From the NCBI GenBank assembly GCA_004764695.1, contig SMSO01000031.1, positions 8,352,761-8,416,760 of the forward strand: DNA of 64,000 nucleotides. The letters run 5' to 3'. The first letter of the stretch is position 1. Every line of letters starts with the position of its first letter. The notes beneath the pieces are model-generated. The model was not told where the DNA came from. It searched no databases and was given only the letters and a program-made list of their open reading frames with translations. A program made the translations under genes and the position numbers. The DNA comes from Schizochytrium sp. TIO01 (lineage: Eukaryota; Protista; Bigyra: Labyrinthulomycetes). Shown here piece after piece: positions 49,929 through 63,300 of the stretch.

Positions 49929-50985
49929 ATGAACTACATCAAGGCTGTGCAGACCTGGGGTGTGAAGGAGACCTTCAAGAAGTTCTTCACCCTCAAGCAG
50001 ATCAAGTTCGGCACCTTGGTTGGAGTCGATGAGAACGGCAACAAGTACTTCGAGAACTTGAATGAGCCGTACGGTAAGTTACCCATTTTTGGAAAGCCTG
50101 GCTAGGATATTGTTTCTATCGCGCCACCGCATCATCTCCCAACCCTCCTCCTACTCTCTTCACGTTTCTTTCCAAACCATGTTAGGACTGAGACTTTCCA
50201 ACGCTCTCTATTGAGTGCTGCTTCACGAGCTTGATGACAAAGAAATCAGCCCTGTTCGATTCTTTGACACCAGACACAATGTGAAACAAAGCTTGCGCAT
50301 GGGGTTCGGAAGATGGGGAGTTTGCAAACGCAAGATATGTATGCACTGGCCATTTGTGTAATGAAGCGATAAGGGGAGTTTAGCTAACACTATTCTCGGA
50401 TGGGAAATCATTAATGTTTTTTTGTGTGCATGTGAAATCCAAATAAAAACTACTGAACATGTGCTTTTCCATGTTTTATGAACACGTATCGAACTTTGAT
50501 GGATGAATTATTACTGCATAGGCCAACACCGTTGGGTCGAGCCCCCATACGCCGTGCACGGCTCCTCCTGGGACGCCTCCAACATTGCCCCGGCTTGGCA
50601 CCCGTGGATCCACTGCGCAACCGACAAGGTTCCCACCTCTGCTGCGCCGCAGGGCGAGACTGGCGTTCACATTGTGGATGGTGTCGACACCCCCGTTCGC
50701 CACCACATTAACCTTGACCACAGGAAGCCGTGGCGCCCGAACCCCACCCTCCACCGCGAGCGTGGCCACAATGTTGACCACTCCTCTGGCAAGGCTGGCG
50801 AGAACGATTACTACGTTCAGCCTGGTCACGTTGCCAGCCCTCTGTTTGAAGAAAAGGGCCCTAAGATTGAGTCTTGGGGCGGTCTGCCCACTGACGACTC
50901 TGCCTCGCACGTTGGTGAGCCCAAGAAGGAGAAGAGCCGCTGGGAGCTCTTCTACGAGCAGCGCCAGCGCATGAACCAACAGTAA
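49929..50985 (+). CDS. NDUFA12: NADH:ubiquinone oxidoreductase subunit NDUFA12-family protein
   Basis: Exon 1 49929-50073 (GTLVGVDENGNKYFE), GTAAGT..CATAG intron, exon 2 50522-50985 (QHRWVE..DASNIAPAWHPWIH). Confidence 0.88.
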
Positions 50986-52408
50986 GCATGATGTAATGCG
51001 CCACAAGCAACGCATGAAATCAGCGCACAGAGTGTTCCGTATCACCTTTCTCATCTTGCGATGAGCAATCGATTCACTCATTGGAGTATAACACTAGCAA
51101 GCTAGGCAATTGGAACGAGACCTCCTTGGCTCGCCATCATCGTCGATTATGACAGCCCCCCTTAATACGTTTTTAAAAGTAACAAAAAACATAATAGTAC
51201 ATGTCCTGGTGCCTTGGGAGAGAAAATCTTTTTGTCATTACATTATTCATGAGCCTGCCAGAATCTGGCAAATGATTGTGTACCGTAATCTTGTCTATCA
51301 CGTCCACAGAGACTGATTAAGATCCAATTGAAGCATAAATAGAAAGATCGGCTTTATGGCATGATGTAACACATGCGCATTTTCTGATTTAGCCTTGCTG
51401 ATCCTCTTTTGAGCGTCCAGGTATTTATGTGCGTTCAGATGTACTCTGTTTCTGTAGATATTATGCGTTTTTAATTTTTTAAGAAACGACTGAAATACTA
51501 ATGCTTGCTAGTTCTCGAGAAAAATTCTTGGTCATGCATTTTGCCAGACCTTATTTTTATTTATTATTATTATAAAATACAAACAGAGAAAGGTTTGTGT
51601 ATATACTTGTTTTGTCTACTCTCGAATAAATAATTCTTTCATCAGATGAAAAAAATATAATTTCACAAGACTCACAACTCTTGGAAATCATATTTTTTTT
51701 TAAATTAAAAGAAACTACAAACAGAAAATTAAAATAAGTCACATTTCAGTATTTACTTAAACATATAGATGACACAGAAAAAGATGATACAGTTACATTT
51801 TTGTATTTCTTGATTTGGTTCGAGGCCTGTATGAAAGAAACATTTGACGAATACCAGTTAGTTAAAGAGCTCCTAAATAGAACCAATTGGTCGAACAAAT
51901 TACGCCTTTCCAAATAAGCATATTTCCTGTGGTAGAGGAACATGCTCTGAACATTTAAGTTACATATTCACGACAAGAACAATCATCCTCAGACCTATCC
52001 TGCATGAGCAAAGTTGTCTTCATTATGTCGGCGAGTTGCCTGGTCGAGCCCCTCGCCTCAGGTGCAAATGAAAATTTCTTCATGGGACGTTGTATATGTG
52101 CGTGAACACTCTAAAAAATGTCGAAGCTTCTATCCAGTAAAAAACAACACGCTTCATAGTGATGTCTTAACCCCCCCTAATCCTCTCCTATAACGCCAAT
52201 AAAGATAAAACTTACATTTGCCAAACATACAACAGAAATGAAAAACACATTCAAAGAAGAAGGCTTATCCTCTTGATCAATCAAACACTACCACAAAACG
52301 AAAACTTGATAAACCTCATACAGCCTAGTCCTACTACAAAGGATAGCCTGCCCACAGCGATATCTCCTTCAACAGAAGGTATCAAAAGTATACCATTCAT
52401 CACTTGAA

Positions 52409-54886
52409 TTACATGACCATTAGCTCAATTTCACCAGCATTTTGGGATTCTTCCTGGCGATGCATTCTCGTAGATCGTGGTGCCCGATGGAAATATGGAG
52501 GCCTCTCAAAGGAATAACCTAACACATCAGCAAGAGCTGAAGCCAGACGCCAAGGCATATGGTCAACAAACATATCATTGGAAAGAACAATGTCCTGCAA
52601 TGGGCGGGACTGAGGAAGGCAAGGTCTAGCTATAAAAGCCGGAGTACCTTCTGGGAGACGATGCCTTTGAATATGGACAATTTTGCCGACGACATAGAGG
52701 CGCGGGTACACGAAGGTATCCTCTTGTCCAAAGCCGTCATTCGAGGCATTAAGAATATCGTTCTCAACATCATCGTCTTCACTATCGTAGTTATCAACAC
52801 GCCAGTGTGCCGAGTTCTTTTTATAGTCCAAACCATGATCTTGATGTTGTGCTTGATTTTCAGGATCAACACGTCTTCGTGGAATTTTGGCCCGAAGACC
52901 AGCATCTTCGACACGCGAGATTCGATCCCGACCCTTCCAGAGGCAACCTAGCGGTACTAAGATACCAAACCGAAAAGAATACCATGCTGCAACAAATCGA
53001 TTACGGATAGCTTTATCCAGAGCGCCATCATGGGCGTCTTGGCGTTTAGCCTCAACTCGGCGGCTGAGGCGGTGCAACCGTTGCAGCGAGAGACGACTCA
53101 CAATATCATCAGCAAACGGCAGGCTCAAGATCGCATCAGGGCAAACCTGATCCACATGGTCGCGGCCGATTGAGTCTAGACATGGTAGAGGCTGGTAGGC
53201 CATTGCCCGTACCCCACCCAAGTGGGGAAACTCAGTCTCACTTTTGTCACGTACAGCTACAGTGAAAAGAGCAGCTACAGAAGCCCCGAGGGAATGGCCT
53301 ACTATCCAAACTGGAGCATTAGGATCGGACGCTGCGACTTTTTCAAGAACAGGCGCTACTTCTGCAAAAAGATTGCGTACACAAAGAAGAACTCCGAGAT
53401 GAACATGTGCCCCAACTGGTAGACCAAGCTCTTCGTAGTCAAGATGACACGGCCACATGAGTGAGTCAGTGATCATGTCATGTACATCCTCCGTTCCGCG
53501 AATCGCGAGAACGATCTCTGCTTGCTTGCCCGGGGGGTGACGTGATACTAATTGATATGCCACGCGACAGGCACCTTGGCCTACTCTTCCTTCATGCAAA
53601 ACAAGCTCTTCTTCTGCAAGGTAATTCAAAAACTTGGTGCGATGCCCTTGGACACAGTTATCACCTTTAATATGGCCCTGATGCCGATGCGGAAGAGCTT
53701 TACATGGGCAAAAGATGCCTTGAGTGTGATACCACTGAAGGATGTAGCAGCACCATGATCGCTCAGCATCCAGAAGCATGCCAGTGTAGGCTGCTATGGC
53801 AAACCTGTTCAGGTCAAGCGCCTTTTCGAGTAGCTCTGCAAGTGCAAGACCAAGGTCTGGCTGAGGTGGCACTCGTGCCTCTCGCCGAAGCAGATCAACA
53901 ATGAATCTTGGGCGTTGCAAGCTCCATCGGGGTGCACCATCTTGGCCAGTTTCATGTGCAACTTCGTCTACGTGCTGGAGAAATGCCTCCTTTTCTTCCT
54001 TGAGTCGCTTTGCTTCATCGTAAAGGAGTTTACTAAGGAGGCCAAGCATCTCAAATCTTTTAAGGCCCAGAGAACGATAGTTCAAAACGTATGCCATCAT
54101 AGTTGCTGCACCCGTAAGCTCATCCTGATCGAACCTGCCCTTCAAAACCGGTTCACTTGCACGTCTACCACACATGTAATCCCATCTACAACAAAATGCA
54201 CACATTAGCCACCGTAGAGTTGCAGAGACTCGCAATCTATAATGGGTAAACCATAACAAGCGATCTGTTCCAAAGGCTCCTTGCCAGCGCATACACAGTG
54301 CACTTGCACCTAAACGCATAAGAATACCAACCCACATGCAAGCAAGAGCGGCTGTAAGTGTTCCCAGGGCAGCTTTATTCGTTGACAGGTCTGATGAAAG
54401 CGGAGACAAGATTGTCAACAATACCGCAAGAGCTATTTCCGCAGCACCTAGTAACAAACCAGCTGATAGGACCAAAGCAAGCCACAAATGAAGTGATAGA
54501 CTTCCAGGCTTTGCTGCAGCAAGTTCTTCTGTTCCGACTACAAACGGTCTTGAGCCTCGTTCAATGCCATTCAAGCGGGCTAAACGTTTCGTCTGCAATA
54601 TAGCCAAAAGCTGCAAAACTAGCAGTACGAAGCCTTGGCCCAAGCGCGTTGCCTGGATACCGATAGCAGCAGCGACAAGTCGTGAAAAATGATGCGAAAA
54701 CAGCGGCTGACGGATCACTAGTGCAGGATGTGCTAGACGCCACGCTGTGATGAGTAATGCAAGCGAGGCTCCTGTAGCACAAAAGCCCAAGATTGCAGGA
54801 ACGCGAACTGCCTGTGTACTAGTCTCCCGAGGATGCAGAGCCTCCATGAGCCGTACGTGCGGTGTATTGACTGTCGATGAAGGCAT
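52409..54886 (-). CDS. Class 3 lipase with N-terminal transmembrane segments (sn1-diacylglycerol lipase-like)
   Basis: 825-aa ORF; ~4 hydrophobic helices; IVLAIRGT, HVHLG, WIVGHSLGA, DDIVSRLS, MFVDHMP. Confidence 0.88.
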   Translation of the reverse strand: MPSSTVNTPHVRLMEALHPRETSTQAVRVPAILGFCATGASLALLITAWRLAHPALVIRQPLFSHHFSRLVAAAIGIQATRLGQGFVLLVLQLLAILQTKRLARLNGIERGSRPFVVGTEELAAAKPGSLSLHLWLALVLSAGLLLGAAEIALAVLLTILSPLSSDLSTNKAALGTLTAALACMWVGILMRLGASALCMRWQGAFGTDRLLWFTHYRLRVSATLRWLMCAFCCRWDYMCGRRASEPVLKGRFDQDELTGAATMMAYVLNYRSLGLKRFEMLGLLSKLLYDEAKRLKEEKEAFLQHVDEVAHETGQDGAPRWSLQRPRFIVDLLRREARVPPQPDLGLALAELLEKALDLNRFAIAAYTGMLLDAERSWCCYILQWYHTQGIFCPCKALPHRHQGHIKGDNCVQGHRTKFLNYLAEEELVLHEGRVGQGACRVAYQLVSRHPPGKQAEIVLAIRGTEDVHDMITDSLMWPCHLDYEELGLPVGAHVHLGVLLCVRNLFAEVAPVLEKVAASDPNAPVWIVGHSLGASVAALFTVAVRDKSETEFPHLGGVRAMAYQPLPCLDSIGRDHVDQVCPDAILSLPFADDIVSRLSLQRLHRLSRRVEAKRQDAHDGALDKAIRNRFVAAWYSFRFGILVPLGCLWKGRDRISRVEDAGLRAKIPRRRVDPENQAQHQDHGLDYKKNSAHWRVDNYDSEDDDVENDILNASNDGFGQEDTFVYPRLYVVGKIVHIQRHRLPEGTPAFIARPCLPQSRPLQDIVLSNDMFVDHMPWRLASALADVLGYSFERPPYFHRAPRSTRMHRQEESQNAGEIELMVM

Positions 54887-57800
54887 TTTCCTAAAAACGC
54901 GTACAGATGAACAAGTTTGTACTCTATCTAGGTAGGAAAAAAAAGCTCAGATCGGTCCGTGGATAAGGTTTTGCGCAAAGTGTTTGTTGTCTCGGGCAAT
55001 GCAATCTCGTCTTCCTTACACGTGTTTGTTTGGTTTTAACAACTAAGCAGTGGTGCCTCCTTTCACAGCCAAGCGTTTTGGCCAGCAGACATGAATATAG
55101 ATAAACTTGTGTGTCCAATACTTTTTTGTATTCAACAGACGACCGAGCCGAGTCAGCCCAACTTGCAGCACGGAGCGACGACGCTTCCCCGTGCCGCGAG
55201 GGCTTTCTTTCAAGGTTTGCCATCTCCGCTTCAGCGAGCTTTGATGCACTTCAGGCCACCTGTATCTCCTATGGTTTTACCTAGGGGACTGTTCTAGTTG
55301 CACTGGTGTTGATGACCAACCCAATGATGGAACGGAACAGAACAATGTGCTGCGAACGAAACAAGAGAACTAAACGTCAGAGTTGTGTTTCAGGGTTTCG
55401 TGTGTCGAGAAGCTGGCTGCAGGGAGGTCTGGCATGCGTAGGTCACGTGATATCTATTTAGATAGGCTGGTATCTAGCTTGCTTGAAACGGCGCTGAGTG
55501 TGAGCTGAGCCTCCTTTTAAGGCAAGCCGAAAATAACTAAAAACTTTTGCGGTCAGCATGTTGATTTTGACAACAAAGGACGAAGAACCAGCAACTGTCG
55601 TACGTCGTGAATGACAGTATGGATCAAACGGCAGTACCGCGAAGCGCTTCAGAATTATGAAATATGCACTGTAGCGGTCCATCAGTTAACCTTTTCGGTG
55701 GAGGCCGACCAAGAGCGAGGGTCTCTATATTTGTTTACCACTTGCCCTAGATCAAACTAAGTTCAGGCCGCAGCTGCATCGCCAAAAAGTCTCATCGTAC
55801 CTGCATAGAGGCTTGGGTGGGTGTGTGTATGAACGATACACGTCGCGCGAGTGGGGCCATGCAGGCACCAACTCGATGGCCCGGTTGGAGTCACGACCGG
55901 AGATCGATGACTGCTGCAGTCGATTCTTCGTTCTCGTGGTATTTTGATTCAATCTCTTGATTTGTTTATTTTTTTTTCATATTTTCAAATTAATAATAAT
56001 ATGAAGAAGAGTTGTTTTAGTAGAAATCTAGTGGCAATTATTTCTTCCTTCTCCTGATGGCAGAAACCGACGGGGATAAAGATACAATAGATTAGAAACT
56101 ACTTTTACACTCATTTATATAAATCAAGCAAAATGTACGGACAGTACCATTTGTTTTGGATGGACCTACAAACCCTTTGGCTCATGATATTAGAAGGTAC
56201 ATATGTAGAGCTAGGGTCGCTTATTCCATCACGAGAAATGGATGGACACGAATACACCACATCAGATCATTCACGCCTTCTTCCTGCGAGTATGCTCGGT
56301 ATCACGAATTCGTAGAATCAATGGTTGCCAGCACTGCACGTCATAAGGACTAAGTATGCTAGAAACTCATGATGGTGGTCTTTGAACGCAGGGGTAAAGA
56401 TAAAGGAGGTACAAGAAAAGGGGCCAAAGGTAATAGTATCATATATTAACTAAAACATGAGATAACCTAAACATTAATAATGCCCGTTAGAGGGAAATGT
56501 TAAGTTCGCATTCTATATGTGAGATTACAGTCAGGTAAGCAAGTAGCATCTTAACGCTATTTAATTTCATTCTATTTTATTTTATTGTTATAGCCTACCT
56601 GTTACGAGAAAAGCCCTTTCTATGTTCGCGGCGCAAAAAGGTGAGCTGCTTTCATTTTCTAGACATGTTGTGCTTTCTCAAGACAAAATTGCAGTAAGCC
56701 ATACTCTTGGTCAAACTTCTTCATATTTAAATATCTTCAATCCTACAGGACAGCTATTCTGAGCTACGCCTAGACCCAGAGTATGAAGCAGTCAATGTCT
56801 TAAGGTGATACGATCGTGTGATCATCCAAACTTCTAAATTTCTTTATGAAGATAGGTATCTGCATCCAACGATGAAAGTAAAACTTTAGAAGTAAGATAT
56901 TTATGAGTGATTATTATATGCCTTGAATTTTCAACCGGGCTAAAGTATTTTCACTCATGGTCCCTATTAGAAGTAAAAAATGAGAAATTCTGTTCAACCT
57001 TAGGCTCAGTAACTTCTCCAACTTAAACGATAGAAGTACTCTGCGAAGGTTCTTGGTTGGGGTTCTAATTTGTAGGGTTCGCAAATATATTTATGCACGA
57101 AATCAAGATTGATCAATTCATTTACTCGAAATCCAAAGCATCCAAACAACTAAAAACGAACTAATGAATTGACAAACACTGAAGCTCACATGGGCAATAT
57201 CCACGATGTTGATAGATCTTATTCTTATGTGCAGACCTTCAGCAATATAGACTATCCTCCGGTCAACAAATACTCGATGCAGTTAAAGCTTTAGTCTAGC
57301 GGCTTCTATCCATGCTTGCTTCAACTCCATCTGGATCACATTTGAGATACACTCTAAAACGTTCGCTTAGGCAGTGATTGTAGTAGACCATCTAATCATG
57401 ACACCATAGTTCCAATGCTAGAATACAATCTCCGAACATAGATTGAATCTTTGTATGTTGAATAAAATTAACAAACTTTGCTCACGCTTGTCAACATAGA
57501 GGGGTTTCCTTTTTAACAGAACCTTGTCTGGCAAGATCTGCGGCAAATATCTTGCTTTGGCATGTTGTAACTTCCCCCCCCCCCCAGATAAATAGTAAAA
57601 ACGACCACTTTCTATTTTCTCCATATTTGCATCACAACAAAATAGCAGAAGACACTAACTGGATTAGCATTGGTGCCTTCTTTATCGTGTACGATAACAG
57701 CTTTGAAATAGGATGGAGGCAGTGATAAACTAGCAGTACGGAATTGGAGCATCTGATCATGATACTAAATTTCTGGATAGTCTGAACTGACCTTCTAAGA

Positions 57801-58412
57801 CTTCGTTTTCTAAACCACTAGCCCCATTTACGACTGTGGTTATAGATTAGGTTCGCTCCCATTCACAGGGAAATTAAACACTCTATTCTTTTCTGTTTCC
57901 CCTACTACATTGATTAAAAAATGATAGGGATTCACTATGATGTGTATAAATATTAATTTTCTGATTATAAAATTCAGGGACAATCTATTTCTGTCACTAT
58001 CAGTAAGTACTCCATAGTTGGTTGTAGGTGGACAAAACGAGGAGGAAGGCAAAGCCAAATTATTACCCCTTAAAAGAGTCCCTTATTTTAACCTAGTAAA
58101 TCAATGTACATGATGGTTTTCATCGTATTTGATACTGTACAAACATGTTTTGATCCACCTTAAATAATATTTACAGAATCCCTTTTGCTTCTCACTTTGT
58201 TCCAAAGATCAATATTTTCAAGATAATGTAGTGCCAGGGATAGTGCACAAAGCATTGTTTCTTTCCCAAACCCAAACTGACTAACTGTTGTTGGGAAGGG
58301 CGACCACACGCACCTTGGAGCAAGGTCCGACGCGCATCCCTTCTGCCTTGCATCATCTGGCCGGCCCTAGTGCGTTTGCCCGATTTTCGAGCATATAGTA
58401 GTTCGTTTCTCC

Positions 58413-60314
58413 ATGTGCTTTGAATGCCGTATCCTGGGCGCCCTCATCAACGGGGGGCGGCCGGACTCCAAGAGGTTTAAACTGCACGAGCAAGGTGTGG
58501 ACCAATTTGATTTCAGTCCTTCTATTGTCGAAGTGGAGAATAAGGATTTACGCGACCATGAGGCTGAAGAGTATCTTAGCGAAACTTTGGCAAAATTGCA
58601 AGAGAACTTCGGTGTGGAGCTCGTGCCGGTCAAGGTGGACTCTGATGGGTCGTGCTTACCACACGCGGTCTCGCGATGCCTCGCCGGCAAAGAAATCTTT
58701 TATGATGTATTACGTTTAGAACTTGAGCACGAGCTCCGCGATTATACAGAATTTTACAGAGGCATTCTGGGTGCTGGTATGGATGACGAAACTTTTCAGA
58801 ATTACTGGGATGCCATTATCGAGGAAGCAAGGCCTGTCTATGGTGGTCTCACTGGGCGCTGGCTTGGTCCAGAGCACATTTTAGGTCTTGCCAATGTCTT
58901 AAAGAGACCAATTCTTCTTCTTGATGTGCCAGAGTTCATGGAAAAGGACGACAATCGTTGTGGAATGTACCTGCCTCTGCGACATTCACGCGCTGATTGT
59001 ATCAGTGATCACGGTTCCGGAGAGGTGGGAACTCCGTTGGTCATTGGCTGGGCTAGTGCGGCACGCAATCACTTTGTATCTCTCATAAGGCCATCTCGGA
59101 ACCGTCTTTTAGCAAGTGAAGAAGAAGAATGGACCAATCGAGCTCGCTCAGCTGCGCCAGAACTGTGGAAAGATATCGATGACTTGGTGGATGCCATGCG
59201 TTCGCGCTCTACTGCTGAGCAAGTCGAGATTGTTATTCCTTTAGACAAAACGCCTGGGGACGTATGCGTGTTGCAAGATCCGGAGTCCGGGGAGGAGATC
59301 TTGGTGCAAATCCCGCCGGGCAAGGGTCCCGGGGATACATTCATGTGGAACCCAGATGTGGAGAATGGCATCACCAGGCTATATAGCGCTCTGGTGCATT
59401 TCTTTGCAACAAACCCACCAGTTATACGAGATCAGTCACGGAAAACTCTATACACGGTGTTGAAGAACCTTGTGGATGCAATCCTTGTAGATCACGACAA
59501 GCTTCTCCAGCGATCCAAGCTGCGAACAAATAATAAGATTGTTAAGCGCACTATTACAAGTGTCAGCAGCGCGGTGGATATTCTTCGTGCAGTAGGCTTT
59601 TCTGATTTCGTAGACCCCGCTTCTGGAGACTCCTTTTTAAACTTTGAGGGAGATTTAACGAAGCCGGAATCATGCGATGCCCTCGTGCTTGCCCGCGACG
59701 TGCTCGCACGTATGCAGGGAAATAACAGTGTTGTGCAAGGCGCGGGTCAGATTAATATGTCACAAACCGAAGCAGCTTTTGGCCTGATACCAGCATTTTG
59801 CAAGCGCGACAAAAATGGGGAACCTATGCTATCGTGGGAACACTATCGCGAATATGCCCTAGGATTTGACACTGAAAAGCCAGACTTAGGAGCTTGGGTG
59901 TTTGGACTCGGTAACCCTCTGCGCCTTTCACAAATGCGATTGATCACTTCACTGATGTCCTCCCTAAAGGACCGCTTCGTTAATCTGACAAGAAATACCG
60001 AATATGAGGATGTTGCTTGGGATGACGAGATGCTCTATGCATCACGTTTGGCACATGTGAAGTGTCCAAATTGTAGAATGGATCAAACGTGGGTAGGTGA
60101 GATTGATGGCTTTCGCGCGGAGTCAAGAACTCAGGAGTGTGAGAACTGCAACGAAACGCTGGATGTAAGTCTCACTGACCAGCGCTGTATTGCTGCCTTT
60201 GTGCATAATGCGCTATCTGATTCCAAGGGCACTTTATGGTGTGAAAAGCATGAAGAGCTGCGCCTTTCATCACTACAACCAGATTGCCCTCGCTGTAAAT
60301 GTGCATCTGAATGA
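58413..60314 (+). CDS. OTU deubiquitinase (VCPIP1/VCIP135-like) with PUB-like domain and C-terminal Zn-finger motifs
   Basis: VDSDGSCLPHAVSRCL, PEHILGLANVLKRPILLLD, IGWASAARNHFV; PUB-like LYTVLKNL..KLRTNNK..AVDILRAVGF; CPNC, CENC, CPRC; frame stays open back to a possible acceptor at 58370, so an upstream exon may exist. Confidence 0.85.
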   Translation: MCFECRILGALINGGRPDSKRFKLHEQGVDQFDFSPSIVEVENKDLRDHEAEEYLSETLAKLQENFGVELVPVKVDSDGSCLPHAVSRCLAGKEIFYDVLRLELEHELRDYTEFYRGILGAGMDDETFQNYWDAIIEEARPVYGGLTGRWLGPEHILGLANVLKRPILLLDVPEFMEKDDNRCGMYLPLRHSRADCISDHGSGEVGTPLVIGWASAARNHFVSLIRPSRNRLLASEEEEWTNRARSAAPELWKDIDDLVDAMRSRSTAEQVEIVIPLDKTPGDVCVLQDPESGEEILVQIPPGKGPGDTFMWNPDVENGITRLYSALVHFFATNPPVIRDQSRKTLYTVLKNLVDAILVDHDKLLQRSKLRTNNKIVKRTITSVSSAVDILRAVGFSDFVDPASGDSFLNFEGDLTKPESCDALVLARDVLARMQGNNSVVQGAGQINMSQTEAAFGLIPAFCKRDKNGEPMLSWEHYREYALGFDTEKPDLGAWVFGLGNPLRLSQMRLITSLMSSLKDRFVNLTRNTEYEDVAWDDEMLYASRLAHVKCPNCRMDQTWVGEIDGFRAESRTQECENCNETLDVSLTDQRCIAAFVHNALSDSKGTLWCEKHEELRLSSLQPDCPRCKCASE

Positions 60315-63300
60315 GTAAGCAAACTATGCTTTTGTTCTGTTGGTCCAATGTGCGTTCTCCACCATCTCTGTGCTCGTGCCTGGCATTTCTCGGACCTCTA
60401 TGATGACTTCGAGAAATTCTATTAAAATTGCAATGTTGCACATTATGTCTATTCCTAACAGAGATGAATCCCCCTACGGGGGCATATACAAAGCACTCCA
60501 AGTTTATTTTTAGAAAGAAAAAAATGAAAATTACTTTTATCAATGACTGGTTCTTTAGGCTCAGGAACCAAAACATTATAAGACCATGTTGTATGGTTGA
60601 AGTTGTTTTTACGCTCCACGCTCTCTCTACCATTACACGAAAACCTCACTATAATGTTTATTTTCTGTTACATTTGCAAGTACGAGGTGAAGATTGCAAT
60701 GTTATGCAATATACAGCATAAGAAAGTCCATATCTTGAACACGTTTGCCTTAAGAGTGCGCAATGAGGGCAGCGGTGTTTTCAAAATTCAGTCTCAATAG
60801 TTTAAGCCCGATTGAATTACAAAGTACAATTGAACAAGACCAGGGCTCGAGTAAGGGATGATTTAAAAAAAAAAGACCATCATCTTAAAACGTAGCATCG
60901 TAGCTAGGCTTGATGAGATCCTATCTGTGTCCGGATGAAAGCTCGCGAACCCGACTTGGAGAGCCATACCTAAATTTAGTTTCGATTTCAAAGGAGATTC
61001 GGTGCTCAAAAGTGACTGGCGGCAATGTAGTGCCGGTGGCAGTGGCCGATGAACGAGGACCTTGAGTCGAGCTGGGTCTAAAGGGATATATGTACTTTCT
61101 TTTCTTCAGCATATTGAACTGGCTAGTGGATGAGTACAAGACATTATGACTCTTTCATAGAATCTCAAGTCATATGCTAAACAGCTTCAAGGATAACTCT
61201 GGATTTCTATAGTCATTTCTCCATCGAAGAGATAAGCAAATTAATATTTGTATTTTGCTAAAACCCACATCTTTTCTCTGAGACAAGTTTGTCAAAGTTG
61301 TTTGGTTAGAGTGCTCAAAAAATCTTTCATATTTTTCATAGAATCGCGAAGTCAAAATATGAGACTCCAGTGAGGGCAATTAGATCATAGTGCGAATCAA
61401 AAAGTGTATATGAGCTTTGGTCGTTGTACTAGAAACATCAAGTTGAATCCTGGGCGTTGTTATAATCGTAAATTCTTCAAGCAAATAAGCCACAGTGGGT
61501 ACTAGATGTGGTAAAAGAGAGAGATTCTGTTGCATGCGGACCCATGGCAGTTGCATTGTATGCGCGAGGGCCGCCTAGGAGGAGACAATGACAAATCACT
61601 GAAGCGCCTGGGCGTGTCTTCTACCCACGGAATGCTAGCGAGTAAGAATTTTGGCGAACTGAGGGTAACTTTATAAATGTGACTGAATTTATGAGCTCCC
61701 GAGCGAAGCAAGTGTCGAAATCTCCTCCCCCGAAACATTTGAATCACCAAGGCGAGGTATTTCAGGATACTCTTGATTCCTTCGAGCTTGCACCAGAAAT
61801 ATGCTATCATCTGTTTGGCCAATCAACATCTGTGGGGGTTGAATGGTTGGAAGCTGGTTAGTCAGCTCTTGTTCACTATGGAGACGAGGTCAGAACCAGC
61901 GACGATTTTAAAGAAGTAGATGTCTTGAAATCATTCAGAAAGAGCCTAACAACCAAAAATACCATCGCCTTCTCGATGTCACGTCGACGTTTGCGATAGG
62001 ATTCGGAACCACGATTTATCGAGAATGTCTTACAATGGATAGTCTGACTAGGTTGTTGATGAACCAAATGGGCGTGTAATGTCACTTGAAGGGGGCAGTT
62101 GCAACATAATAACTACTGATGATGACCGATTAAAATTCCTTGGAGGTTTGCTCTGACTTGAATTTTAATTTAGAATGCTCATGTGGTGTGACAGAAAATG
62201 AGCTTACGCAATCAACGACCAATAATCTTGCACTAAAAAAGAAAGCTATTTTATCCAATTCCATTAAACAAATAAACTCACGCATTCAGGTAAAAGCATC
62301 AGCCTAGATCATGGAATGTCATAGTTTCTATCTAGTACTAGACTGCTTGTCCTCTATAAATTGTTGGCCTTTGTACGCAATTCGGGGGACATCCTAGCTT
62401 CCGTTAATTTTCAAAATATCTTAGATCTTCAGAGCTTCTAAACTTTAAAAAATCTGCGCAGGCTTGGAAGATATTTGAATGTTCTGCTGAGCTGATTCTT
62501 ATGAAGTTGCATCATAAAATTCGTTGCGAGTTGGTCTTGAACAATATCCTTAAAGTCTCTCCTTCCTCAACTGTCCCCTTTTATGTTATTCGTAAAAAAA
62601 CCAAAAAAAAAACCAAAAAACTGATGGATCACTCTTCAAACATCGAGCCTACCTCGACCTGTCTTCTGCAGCCAAGTATCCACAGCAACCCGTTCGCTGG
62701 TGCATACTACTGCGTACACGGCCAATGTACCATTCCAGCTCGAGATAACCGTGTAAAACGAAGAGTAAAAGGAAAAGAAACGGGAATTAGCGATTGACTG
62801 TTTCGTCCAATCCCGTAAGAAACGAGAGGAAGGAAGTTACCGCGTCCTGACTCTGCTCGCAATAAGTGTTTTTCTGCTCGCACTACTCTGCTTGGCGTCG
62901 CCCCCTCTACTGAACCTACAAAAACGTTAGAACTTATATAGCCTCTAAATGGTAGTGACTATTCCATATTAATATAGTTATTTAGTTCTTTCTTATAATA
63001 AGAACTAAGAAATAGAATGGCTCCCCAAATGAAGCAAACCTTCAATGCAAACCATCAAAGTACTTCAACCAGAAATTTGGCGTCTCCGCAGGGGCGCTTC
63101 GGTGCTTTCCCAGAGACATCGCATACACGCAAGTGGCGACGTTGAGCGCGTCTATGGCTGCGGCTTATTCCGGGGCTGACCGTACCATTTATGTACGCCA
63201 GAAAAGCAAAGAGAGAATTTCAAATGGCAGATTGGTGATATCTATCCAGACGCACGCCTCCGTCGTCTATAAAGACATCGGTGGCTGGGTCAACGACAAC

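Noticed and set aside
60921-62085. Coding-like minus-strand fragments
   Set aside because: Stops in all frames and no identifiable homology; may be a decayed gene but I cannot support a call
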